This document shows positions 42,561 to 51,706 of a DNA stretch of 64,000 nt, piece after piece. The stretch is from an uncultured Candidatus Rokubacteria bacterium (GTDB lineage: Bacteria; Methylomirabilota; Methylomirabilia; Rokubacteriales; DASRDR01). The stretch is from NCBI GenBank assembly GCA_963826115.1, contig CAWGVS010000012.1:160001-224000 (forward strand). Reading direction: 5' to 3'. The notes under the pieces are model-generated. The model saw only the letters and a program-made list of their open reading frames with translations. It searched no databases and was not told the origin of the DNA. Positions within the stretch are counted from its first letter, which is position 1; each line of letters starts with the position of its first letter. A program made the position numbers and the translations under genes.

Positions 42561-44036
42561 ATGTGGGAACATTGCGCCAGCGGTCCTCGAAACGTTCACA
42601 TACCTCAGGAAGAGCCGATCTTCAGACGTGCTGAGCTGAGCCGACTGCGCATAGGAATTCTTGCGCTCGGCGCGACCCTGTCTGCTCTGCAGGGACTACC
42701 AGCGGCCGGGGCAGAGGAAATCGATCCGCCTGCGGAGCAAGCGACGAGTCTTCCACCGGTGCTCCCGCCACCCGCCTTTCTCGCCAACAGAGCTCCCCTG
42801 CCGGATCTACTCCTCAAGGACAAGCGGGAAAACCGATACTTTACCGGCTTTCCGGCATTCGGCTGGAGTCCGGAGACCGGAGTCACTTACGGCGCCGCCG
42901 TGCAGTGGTTCGACAATGGCCCCGCCGATAGCCCGTTCTTTCGCTACACGCCTTACCGCCAGCGTTTCGCAGTGGCAGCAACCAACAGCACCGGCGGCTC
43001 GACCAGTCTGGTCATTGGATACGACAGGCCTTACGTTGCCGACTCTCCGTGGCGCATTCGCGCGGCGGGCGTCTTCGACCAAAACAAGTCCGAGAACTAT
43101 TTCGGTATCGGCGCATCGACCCTCGGCCCGCTGACGTTCCCGGGCTCATTCAAGCGATACGACGATTGGGACGAATACGAGCACGCGCTGAATCAGAACG
43201 TCGGAGGCCAAACCTGGGCCCGCTACAACGACTACCGCAAGACGGAGGTCGGCGGACTGGTGACTGTCGAGCGGGACTTCTGGGGTGGCTGGCTCCGACC
43301 CCAAATGGGCTTGCAGATCACGCACGTGGACGTGCGGGACTACACCGGCGACACCATCGACGGCGCGGTCATGCAGCCTACCCGGCTCTTCACCGACCAC
43401 CAGGCCGGCAAGGTCACCGGCTTTCGCGGCGGCTGGGACAACGCGCTGAAGATTGGCTTGACCTTCGATTCCCGTGACTTCGAGCCGGATCCGGCTTCGG
43501 GAGTCATGCTTCAGGCCGTGGGCCGCGTGTCGAGCGAAGCACTGGGATCGGCGTTCAACTATCAGCAAGTCACCCTCAGCGCGCGCGGATACCACAATTT
43601 TCTCGGCAATTCCGGGCGCCTCATCCTGGCCGGGCGTCTGACCTACGCCATGCAATTCGGCGACGTACCCTTCTACTCCGCTCCGATCATTCCGTTCACC
43701 GACGGCGACGCCGATGGTCTGGGCGGCCACGCCACTCTGCGCGGATTCGTCACGGATCGGTTCGTCGGCCGCGCCGCCGCGTATGCAAACGGCGAATTGA
43801 GGTGGAGCTTCGGCGAAAGGATGCTGTGGAATCAACATCTCCGGTTTATGCTCGTGCCGTTCATCGATGCCGGCCGCGTCTTCGATTCGATAGGCGACAC
43901 GACCCTCGAGAATTGGAAGTTCGACGGTGGAATCGGTTTCCGCCTGGCGTGGAATGTCTCGACCATCGTGAGCTTCGATTTCGGCCGGTCGAGCGAAGGC
44001 AGTATCTTCTACATGCTTCTGGGCCACCAGTTTTGA
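42561..44036 (+). CDS. Omp85/BamA-superfamily outer-membrane barrel without recognisable POTRA domains
   Basis: Signal-like leader, FDSRDFEPDPASG, GLGGHATLRGF (VRGF-like loop), NGELRW, FIDAGRVF, terminal GHQF. True start probably somewhat downstream of 42561. Confidence 0.78.
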   Translation: MWEHCASGPRNVHIPQEEPIFRRAELSRLRIGILALGATLSALQGLPAAGAEEIDPPAEQATSLPPVLPPPAFLANRAPLPDLLLKDKRENRYFTGFPAFGWSPETGVTYGAAVQWFDNGPADSPFFRYTPYRQRFAVAATNSTGGSTSLVIGYDRPYVADSPWRIRAAGVFDQNKSENYFGIGASTLGPLTFPGSFKRYDDWDEYEHALNQNVGGQTWARYNDYRKTEVGGLVTVERDFWGGWLRPQMGLQITHVDVRDYTGDTIDGAVMQPTRLFTDHQAGKVTGFRGGWDNALKIGLTFDSRDFEPDPASGVMLQAVGRVSSEALGSAFNYQQVTLSARGYHNFLGNSGRLILAGRLTYAMQFGDVPFYSAPIIPFTDGDADGLGGHATLRGFVTDRFVGRAAAYANGELRWSFGERMLWNQHLRFMLVPFIDAGRVFDSIGDTTLENWKFDGGIGFRLAWNVSTIVSFDFGRSSEGSIFYMLLGHQF

Positions 44037-44287
44037 TCCCGACGACTGCGGATCGGTGTAGACCCTGTCGTCGCATCTCGTGCTTCTGGATTCCGTTCCC
44101 GACCACCGGACTCCGCCAGGAACCTATCCATCACCCGGCGCTCTCAACGACGGGCCACCGCGACCGCGGACACGAACCGGCCGGCGGCGGTGCGCCATGG
44201 CCCCGGCGGCGGCCGAGGGACGGGAGGTCCGGCAAGGAGGCGGAGAGACGTGTCTGGCTTGGCCGCTGCCTAGTGAGGAGGGATCCC

Positions 44288-45106
44288 TTGGGTGCCCGGA
44301 CGCTCGTCGTCGCGATCGCAGCGCTGTCCGTGTTCGCCGTTTCGGCGGGACCAGCCCGCGCGCAGGACGCCCTCCTGCCGGCCTCCTTGCCCGAGGGGAA
44401 CCTCGTGGCCATCGGCGTCGGCATGTATCCCGACTACATCGGATCGGACGACTACACCGTCGGTGCGATCCCGCTGGTGCGCTACCAGTTCTGGGGAAAG
44501 CGGGACGTTCAGCTGATCGGGAACGTGCTGAACGTGAACCTGCTCGATTCGGGCGGCTGGCGTCTCGGGCCTTCGGGCATGCTGCGGTTCGGGCGGTCGG
44601 ACGTGAAGGACGACGTCGTCGACCGGGTGCACGACGTCGATCCGTCCATCGATCTCGGCGCCTTTGCGGGTTACACGTGGGTCGACCCGAACGAGCCACG
44701 GTTCCGCGCGGGCACCACCGCGTGGGTCCTGGCCGATGTCACCGACAGCCACGGGGGCTGGACCGCCGGCGCCAACGTCTTTGCTGCCTACCCGGTTCTG
44801 AAGGCGCTGACCCTCATCGGGGGTGGAGCCTTTACCTACGGCAGCGGCTCGTACATGTCCTCGTACTTCGGCGTGACGCCCGCCGACTCCCAGGCCAGCG
44901 GGCTGAGCGTCTACCAGCCGGACGCCGGGATTCGCGACGTGCGTGGCTGGCTGGTCGCCCTCGTTCACCTGAGTCCACGCTGGACGATCGGTGGCGGCGT
45001 CTTCTACTCCTGGCTCGCGGACGAGGCGGCGCGGAGTCCCATCGTTTCGGAGCGTGGCTCGCGACACCAGTGGATCTTCGGCGCCGGCACGATGTACCTG
45101 TGGTGA
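44288..45106 (+). CDS. MipA/OmpV family outer-membrane protein
   Basis: GAGGAGG RBS then TTG; signal peptide ARA-Q; PDYIGSDDY, YMSSYFGVT, AARSPIV, terminal YLW. Confidence 0.85.
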   Translation: MGARTLVVAIAALSVFAVSAGPARAQDALLPASLPEGNLVAIGVGMYPDYIGSDDYTVGAIPLVRYQFWGKRDVQLIGNVLNVNLLDSGGWRLGPSGMLRFGRSDVKDDVVDRVHDVDPSIDLGAFAGYTWVDPNEPRFRAGTTAWVLADVTDSHGGWTAGANVFAAYPVLKALTLIGGGAFTYGSGSYMSSYFGVTPADSQASGLSVYQPDAGIRDVRGWLVALVHLSPRWTIGGGVFYSWLADEAARSPIVSERGSRHQWIFGAGTMYLW

Positions 45107-45265
45107 GGCAACGGTGAACGACATGCGTCGGGTTCCAGTGACGTGGCGCCCGCTCCCCGCCGACGGCGAGACCGGCCGCCCTATCTGAGGGGCTGAAGGC
45201 CGCTGATCATCTCCTCCGGCATCCCCACGCCCGGGTGACGCCACTTCCGGAACCTGATACCTCGA

Positions 45266-45455
45266 ATGCGCGGGCCCAACTTCCTGGTGCTCGGTGTCGG
45301 GCGCGGTGGCACGACGACGCTCCATTCGTGGCGCGCGCGGAATCCGGACGTACTCGGGTCGCGCCCGAAAGAGGCCGCCTTCTCCGATCGCACCTGCGCC
45401 AAGGGCCTGGACGCGTGCTGGAGGGCTCACTTGTCGCACTGGTCGGGCGGCGCGC
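45266..45455 (+). pseudogene. Sulfotransferase N-terminal remnant
   Basis: MRGPNFLVLGVGRGGTTTLHSW...NPDV...PKEAAFSD resembles the PNF..IG..K.GTT.L...L..HP.....KE..FFD PAPS-binding start; similarity stops after about 60 aa. Confidence 0.55.
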
Positions 45456-45493
45456 GGCCGGGCGGCCGGCTCGGCTCCCGAGCTACGTGTCGA

Positions 45494-47975
45494 CTAGAAG
45501 CCGTGGGACAGGAAGAGCCCGAACTCCCAGATGTTCAGATCCTTCACGCCGAGGCTCATGTACGCGGCCTTCGCCTCGATGAAGGTGGAGCGCGTCACCA
45601 TGGCCCGCAGGCCGACGCGTACCAGGCCGCTCCACGCCGTGCTGTCGACGAGCTCCAGGTCGCTGGTCCGGATCTTTCCGTCGTTCGGCCGCTCGAACTC
45701 GTAGCTCGCGCCGACCTCGATGTACGGCACGAGGGGCATCCCACCCGGCGTGGTGAAGGTCCGGTTCACCTCCAAAGAGACGTCGGCGACCCCGAAATTG
45801 AAGCTGCTCTTCGGGGAGTGGAGCGAGACGAATCGTCCCCGGACGGTTCCCGTGGTGCTGTAGGCCTCGTTGTCGGTGTGGGCGTAGTAGACCGAAAGCG
45901 TCGGTCGCAAGGAGAATCCGAGCAGGTTGTAGTCGCCGCTCGCGCTCACCGACCCGGAGTACGTCAACGATGTGTAGCTCGCGTCGAGCGGACCGATCTC
46001 GTTGTCGTTCTGGGTCCAGCCGAAGCCCGGTGAGATGTTCAGCGTCCAGTGGGGCAGGATCTCGAAGGCCACGTACGGGCTCAGCGTGAGCCCGATCGAT
46101 TCGCTCTTCGAGATGCCATGGAACTGCTTCGTGTAGTTGTAGGCGATGCTCAGGTTGGCTCCGGCGACCAGGGTCCCGGTCAGGAGCCGGTCCAGGCCGA
46201 TCGTCACGTTCGCGCCATGTCCATCGATGTCGACACCGTGGCGATGGTCCGAGGTATCGGTGTACGTCCCGTCGACCGTCAGGTTCCACAAAGGCTGGAC
46301 GGCGAACTCGCGCCCCGGAGTCAGGGGAGGCCCGCTGCCGAATTGCCGCTCGTCCCCAGGCTGGAGGCGCCGAGTCTCGGGGGGGCAATCGAGTCGCCGG
46401 GTCTTGTCGTCCGTGGGCGGCACCTTCGGATCCCGCACCGCGTCCGGGTCCGGGCAGTCCGCCGAGGGCGCGGTGCGAGTGAGCAACTCTCGTCTCTCGA
46501 GAGGCGTCGTCGTTGCGGACGGAGGCGCCGCGCCCGTACTGCCCGGCGGGATCTCGCCCGCGGGCCGTAGCGCAACGGCCGGCGGGCTGACCGTGCCGGG
46601 GCCACCGGGAGTCGTGGGCACGCCAGGCGTCACGCCGCCGGGCCCAGTCGGGCCGCCGCCCGGCGGCAACGTTCCAACGGGCGGAGTCACGCCACCCGGA
46701 GCTCCAGGGCCACCGACGGGCGGCAGCGTGGGCATGAGGCCGCCGACGTTCGGACCACTGGGCCCGCCACCGGGGGGTAACGTGCCGATGGGGGGCGTCA
46801 CGCTACCGGGGCCGCTCGGCGGCAGCGTCCCGATCGGCGGCGTCACCCCACCGGGACCACTCGGCGGCAATGTCCCGATCGGCGGCGTCACCCCACCGGG
46901 ACCGCTTGGCGGCAACGTCCCGATCGGCGGCGTCACGCCACCCGGCCCACTCGGCGGCAGCGTGCCGATCGGCGGCGTCACGCCACCCGGCCCGCTCGGC
47001 GGCAACGTCCCGATCGGCGGCGTCACCCCACCCGGACCACTCGGTGGCAATGTCCCGATCGGCGGCGTCACCCCACCCGGCCCACTCGGCGGGAGCGTGC
47101 CGATCGGCGGCGTCACCCCGCCGGGGCCGCTCGGCGGCAACGTCCCGATCGGCGGCGTCACGCCACCGGGACCGCTTGGCGGCAACGTGCCGATCGGCGG
47201 CGTCACCCCGCCGGGGCCACCAGCTCCCCCACCGGGTGGCAGTGTCGGCATGAGTCCCGTCGGTGGCAACGTTGCGATCGGGGGCTGTACGCCACCCGGA
47301 CCACTCGGTGGCAATGTCCCGATCGGCGGCGTCACGCCACCGGGACCGCTTGGCGGCAACGTGCCGATCGGCGGCGTCACCCCGCCGGGGCCACCAGCTC
47401 CCCCACCGGGTGGCAGTGTCGGCATGAGTCCCGTCGGTGGCAACGTTGCGATCGGGGGCTGTACGCCACCCGGACCACTCGGTGGCAATGTCCCGATCGG
47501 CGGCGTCACGCCACCCGGACCACTCGGCGGCAGTGTGCCAATCGGCGGCGTCACGCCACCCGGACCACTCGGCGGCAACGTGCCAATCGGCGGCGTCACG
47601 CCACCCGGACCACTTGGTCCGCCGCTAGGCGGCAACGTGGGCATGAGTCCGGTCGGCGGCAACGTTGCGATCGGGGGCTGCACGCCGCCGGGACCACCCG
47701 GCGGCAACGTCCCGATCGGCGGCTGCACGCCACCGGGTCCACCAGCTCCACCACTGGGCGGCAGTGTCGGCATGAGTCCGGTCGGTGGCAATGTTGCGAT
47801 CGGGGGTTGCACGCCACCCGGGCCGCTCGGCGGCAACGTGCCGATGGGCGGCGTCACGCCACCCGGGCCGCCACCGGGCGGCAATGTCGGCATGAGGCCA
47901 GTCGGTGGCAACGTCGCGATCGGAGGTTGCAAGTGTCGACGGCCGGGTCCTGACGGGGACTGCGCGCCTACTTGA
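45494..47975 (-). CDS. Autotransporter-like beta-barrel protein with Pro/Gly-rich repeat stalk; 5' end missing or uncertain
   Basis: C-terminal roughly 270 aa of amphipathic strands ending FGLFLSHGF; upstream GPGGVTPPIGTLPPS repeats; no signal peptide found. The ORF-track start at 48421 lies inside the SRPBCC gene. Confidence 0.7.
46660..47932 (-). repeat. Coding tandem repeat: about 21 copies of a 45-bp unit with interspersed GLMPTLPP linkers
   Basis: Unit GPGGV(T/Q)PPI(G/A)TLPP(S/T/G); variation mostly at third codon positions; includes an exact 174-bp duplication. Confidence 0.92.
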
Positions 47976-48060
47976 CCTTTCGGATGACCGGCGGCTTCCA
48001 CGAGGGCCGTCGCGCATGCCTGCGGGCTCGCGTCGCGCGGACCGTCGCCGTCAACCAGCG

Positions 48061-48534
48061 TCACGGGCCGGACGGGATCTCCGGCTCCACCACGTGAGCG
48101 AGGAGCGACAGGGATTCCTGCCAGCCCAGGTAGCACGCCTCGACGGGGATCTGCGGCGGGAGGCCCTCCTGCACGATGGTCAGCTCGGTTCCCACCATGA
48201 CCTTCTTGAGGTCGACGGTGACGTGGATCGTGCCGGGCAGGCTGGGATCGTCGAACTGGTCCGTGTAGCGGAGCCGCTGATGGGGCGTGAGCTCGATGAA
48301 GGTGCCGCCGAAGCGGTGCGTCTGCCCCGTCCCGAAGTTCGTGAAGCTCATGTGGTACTTGCCGCCCACGGTGGCGTCCATGCGGTCCACCTTGGCCGTG
48401 AAGCCGTGCGGCGGCAGCCACTTCACCATCGCCTCGGGGTCGAGGAAGGCCTTGTACACTCGCTCGGGCGGCGCCTTGAGGATCCGGTGCAGGCGCACCG
48501 TCCCGGTGGTCTTGCCGGTCGACTTGTCGCTCAT
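48061..48534 (-). CDS. SRPBCC/AHSA1 family protein
   Basis: VRLHRILKAPPERVYKAFLDP...WLPP...CYLGWQESL; AAGGAG RBS before ATG 48534. Confidence 0.88.
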   Translation of the reverse strand: MSDKSTGKTTGTVRLHRILKAPPERVYKAFLDPEAMVKWLPPHGFTAKVDRMDATVGGKYHMSFTNFGTGQTHRFGGTFIELTPHQRLRYTDQFDDPSLPGTIHVTVDLKKVMVGTELTIVQEGLPPQIPVEACYLGWQESLSLLAHVVEPEIPSGP

Positions 48535-48576
48535 GTCATCGTCTCCTTGGGTCATTTTCGGGTGGGATCCCGCGGC

Positions 48577-48895
48577 TCACCGATGCGCGACGCATGCGCA
48601 CGCCGGCCGGTGGTATCGGCCGGCGACTTCCACGACACCGCTCCGGCCGTAGGTGCTCCTCGGTCGCAGCGAGTCCGCGAGCGTGTTGCAGCGTCCGTTC
48701 TTCTCCGCCCCTTCGGCGTCGCGTCGACGTACCGATAGATGCCGAGGAACTCTTCGCCGCCGCGCCCGTACGTGGAATAGGTGTGGAGGATCTGTAGCTG
48801 TCGCCGGGCAGGTCCTCGAGCCCAGGGTCCCCGTCCTCATGATTGTAGAACGCGCGGCCCGCAGCGAGCTGTTCCGGTTTGAAGGAGATGCCATC
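48577..48895 (-). pseudogene. DUF899 family C-terminal remnant (several frameshifts)
   Basis: Pieces in different frames: GISFKPEQLAAGRAFYNH...EDLPG, QILHTYSTYGRGGEEFLGIYRYVDATPKGR, LRPRSTYG...GRYHRPACAC. Confidence 0.7.
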
Positions 48896-49139
48896 ACGGC
48901 TTCTCTCGATGACTAGTCGACGGGACCCCGTCTCATTCGACATGGCTGCATCCCTCCGGCGGGAGGCCTTGGTGGCGGGATTGAGTCCGGCACGCCCCGG
49001 TCGGACGATGGCCCCGAAATCGACGCGCGCCGTCGCCAGGCGGCTCGCAGCAGGGTGGCGTCAGTCGCGAAATCGGAGGCCAATGATCCCAGGCGCCTTG
49101 ACGGTCTTCGTCTACAGACCGCGGTACTCCGTCGCGCCG

Positions 49140-49260
49140 GCGGAGCGTTCCAGATGTGAGGTGGCCGAGGGTCTTCACGGTGCTGAGGTTGACGACCGGC
49201 GCGAACTTCGTGGGCTGCTCGACCGCAGATCACACGGCGAGGCGCCGCTGAGAATCCTCG
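49140..49260 (-). pseudogene. ABC transporter substrate-binding protein (PF04392-type) C-terminal remnant
   Basis: RILSGASPCDL then VEQPTKFAPVVNLSTVKTLG matches the family ending [31 protein letters not shown]. Confidence 0.7.
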
Positions 49261-49279
49261 GCCGCGGACGCCCGACGGC

Positions 49280-49804
49280 CTACGGGGTTGCGCGCAAGCG
49301 GAGCGTGCCGCCGGCGTAGACGAGCTCGAGCTCGCCCTCCCTCTGGACGTAGCCCGATACGCTCGTGAGCGCGGCCGCGAACTGGTCGCCCAGCGAGGGC
49401 GGGGCGCAGGCGGCGAGGGTGCAGGCCATGGCAGGATTGACGGTCAGGGAGGCGCCCGCCACCCGGTACCGACCGGCGCAGCGATTGCAATCGACGCGGG
49501 CGCTGAGCGCGCCGTCCGCGCCGAACCGCACGGTGTAGCGGGAGGGATCGGCCACGGTCACGGCCGGACCGGCGCTGGGCTCGATGCTCACGAGCTGCCA
49601 CTCCACGTCCGTTCGGAGAGGAACGGCCTCCGGACCCGTTCCGCCGCCGCCGCTGCACCCCCCGATGGCCAGCGTCGTCACGAGGCACAGGCGCGCCAGT
49701 CGGCCGCGGCCGCGCCGCACGGCCCCTTCGACCGCAGGCGATCCCCCGGGGCTCGCGGGCGCCGCGCGCCGACACGCTGTCATCGCCCCTTCACGCGCAT
49801 CCAT
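49280..49804 (-). CDS. META domain (HslJ-like) lipoprotein
   Basis: Lipobox-like IGG-C, EWQLVSI, VDCNRC, MACTLAAC. Start uncertain. Confidence 0.75.
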   Translation of the reverse strand: MDAREGAMTACRRAAPASPGGSPAVEGAVRRGRGRLARLCLVTTLAIGGCSGGGGTGPEAVPLRTDVEWQLVSIEPSAGPAVTVADPSRYTVRFGADGALSARVDCNRCAGRYRVAGASLTVNPAMACTLAACAPPSLGDQFAAALTSVSGYVQREGELELVYAGGTLRLRATP

Positions 49805-49937
49805 CCGCTGCTAGGCTAACAAGAGAGTCAAGGATATCGGTGGGGCCTCTGCCCAGCCGGGCTCCGGACGGTCGATTTCTCGACGCCCCGAGCGACTAAC
49901 TGGCGGAGCGGGTCTCTCACCCACGCCTGGAGGGCTC

Positions 49938-50297
49938 ATGCGCTACGTCGACGGCTACGTGCTACCGGTGGCCAGAAAGCACCTCGGAACCTATCTCAGC
50001 GTCGCCCGGAAGGCCGGCAAGGTCTGGCGAGAGCACGGCGCGCTCGAGTACCGCGAAAGCGTCGGCGACGACCTGAAGGTCAAGTGGGGCGCCTTGTTTC
50101 CGCGAATGGTCCGGGCCAAGCCCGGCGAGACCGTCGTGTTCTCGTGGATCGTGTTCAAGTCCCGAGCTCATCGCGATCGGGTCAATGCCAGGGTCATGAA
50201 GGACTCCCGGATGGCCACCATGATGGAGAAGGACGCCATGCCCTTCGACATGAAGCGCATGGTCTACGGCGGGTTCAAGGTCCTGGTCGACGCCTGA
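49938..50297 (+). CDS. DUF1428 (YbaA-like) protein
   Basis: MRYVDGYVLPV, WREHGALEY, ETVVFSWI, MPFDMKRMVYGGF. Confidence 0.9.
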   Translation: MRYVDGYVLPVARKHLGTYLSVARKAGKVWREHGALEYRESVGDDLKVKWGALFPRMVRAKPGETVVFSWIVFKSRAHRDRVNARVMKDSRMATMMEKDAMPFDMKRMVYGGFKVLVDA

Positions 50298-50652
50298 GCG
50301 CCCGACCCGGCGGGCGCCGAGGCGCCTGGCTTTCGTGGCACACTCGTCGACGCTCCCGACGCCGATGTCGCGCGCTCGGCGCGATGGCCGCCCTCGCGAC
50401 GGACCTGGGTCCGGTATCGGCACCCGCTGCCGCTCGTGCTCACGGCCCCGCCGTGCGGGCGGGCGCTGCGCTCCACGAGCGCGGCCGATGATCGCCGGCT
50501 GGCGGCGGCTGGAGCGTTCCGGTACCCTGAGTCAAAGGGCTGGTCAGCCTCCCCTCCGAGGGACTCGCAACGCCGCGAGATCATCACGCGGGAGGAGTCC
50601 GGCCGCTCGAGACTGGAGCGGCCGCGCCGCTCGCAAAACAGGAGAGACGGGC

Positions 50653-51675
50653 ATGAACGTGGAGATCCTGGAGGCGACCGCCCGGGCGCTCGTGGCCCCG
50701 GGCAAGGGCATCCTCGCGGCCGACGAGAGCCTGCCCAGCATCGGGCGCCGGTTCGAGGCGTTGGGCATCCCGAACACCGAGGACGCCCGCCGCCGTTACC
50801 GGCAGATGCTCCTCACGACGCCGGGCGCGGCGGACCACGTGAGCGGCGTCATCCTGTTCGACGAGACGATCCGCCAGAAGGCGGACGACGGGACGCCGCT
50901 GGTCGAGATGCTGTCGCGCCAGGGGATCATTCCCGGGATCAAGGTCGACCGCGGCGCCAAGCCCCTCGCCGGCGCGCCCGCTGAGCAGGTGACGGAGGGC
51001 CTCGACGGGCTCCGCGAGCGGCTGGCGGAGTACACGGCGCTGGGCGCCCGCTTCGCCAAGTGGCGCGCCGTGATCGGCATCGGCCCGGGCCTGCCGACGG
51101 ACCGCGCGATCCTGGCGAACGCCCACGCGCTGGTGCGCTACGCCGCGCTCTGCCAGGAGGCCGGCGTGGTGCCGATCGTCGAGCCCGAGGTGCTCATGGA
51201 CGGGGACCACCCGATCGAGCGCTGCTTCGAGGTGACGGAGACCACGCTCCGCACGGTGTTCCACCTCCTTCCGGAGCAGGGCGTCGTGCTGGAGGGCATG
51301 CTGCTCAAGCCGAACATGGTGGTCCCCGGCAAGAACTGTCCACGCCAGGCGAGCGTCGAGGAGGTGGCGAGCGCCACCGTCCGCTGCCTCCGGCGCACGG
51401 TGCCGGCCGCGGTGCCGGGCGTAGTCTTCCTGTCCGGCGGTCAGAGCGAGGAGCGCGCCACCGCCCACCTGAACGCGATGAACGCCATGGGGTCCCACCC
51501 GTGGGCCCTCAGCTTCTCCTACGGTCGCGCGCTCCAGGACTCGGCTCTCCGCGCGTGGCGGGGCGATCCGGCGCGCGTGGCGGCCGGGCAGCAGGCGTAC
51601 CTCCACCGCGCGCGCATGAACGGCGCCGCCCGGCAGGGGCGATATACCTCCGACCTGGAGCGCGCGGCCGCCTAG
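50653..51675 (+). CDS. fba: Fructose-bisphosphate aldolase, class I
   Basis: GKGILAADES, GIKVD, FAKWR, VPIVEPEV, LLKPNMV, FLSGGQ, SFSYGRALQ. Confidence 0.95.
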   Translation: MNVEILEATARALVAPGKGILAADESLPSIGRRFEALGIPNTEDARRRYRQMLLTTPGAADHVSGVILFDETIRQKADDGTPLVEMLSRQGIIPGIKVDRGAKPLAGAPAEQVTEGLDGLRERLAEYTALGARFAKWRAVIGIGPGLPTDRAILANAHALVRYAALCQEAGVVPIVEPEVLMDGDHPIERCFEVTETTLRTVFHLLPEQGVVLEGMLLKPNMVVPGKNCPRQASVEEVASATVRCLRRTVPAAVPGVVFLSGGQSEERATAHLNAMNAMGSHPWALSFSYGRALQDSALRAWRGDPARVAAGQQAYLHRARMNGAARQGRYTSDLERAAA

Positions 51676-51706
51676 CGCGGCGGCGATTCCGGGGAACGCT
51701 CCGCCC

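Noticed and set aside
46660-47932. Regular 45-bp repeats as a possible CRISPR array
   Set aside because: Units are contiguous with no unique spacers, vary at third codon positions and no cas genes are present.
46146-47975. 609-aa plus-strand ORF across the repeat array
   Set aside because: Antisense mirror of the repeat; only the minus frame continues into a barrel with terminal Phe.
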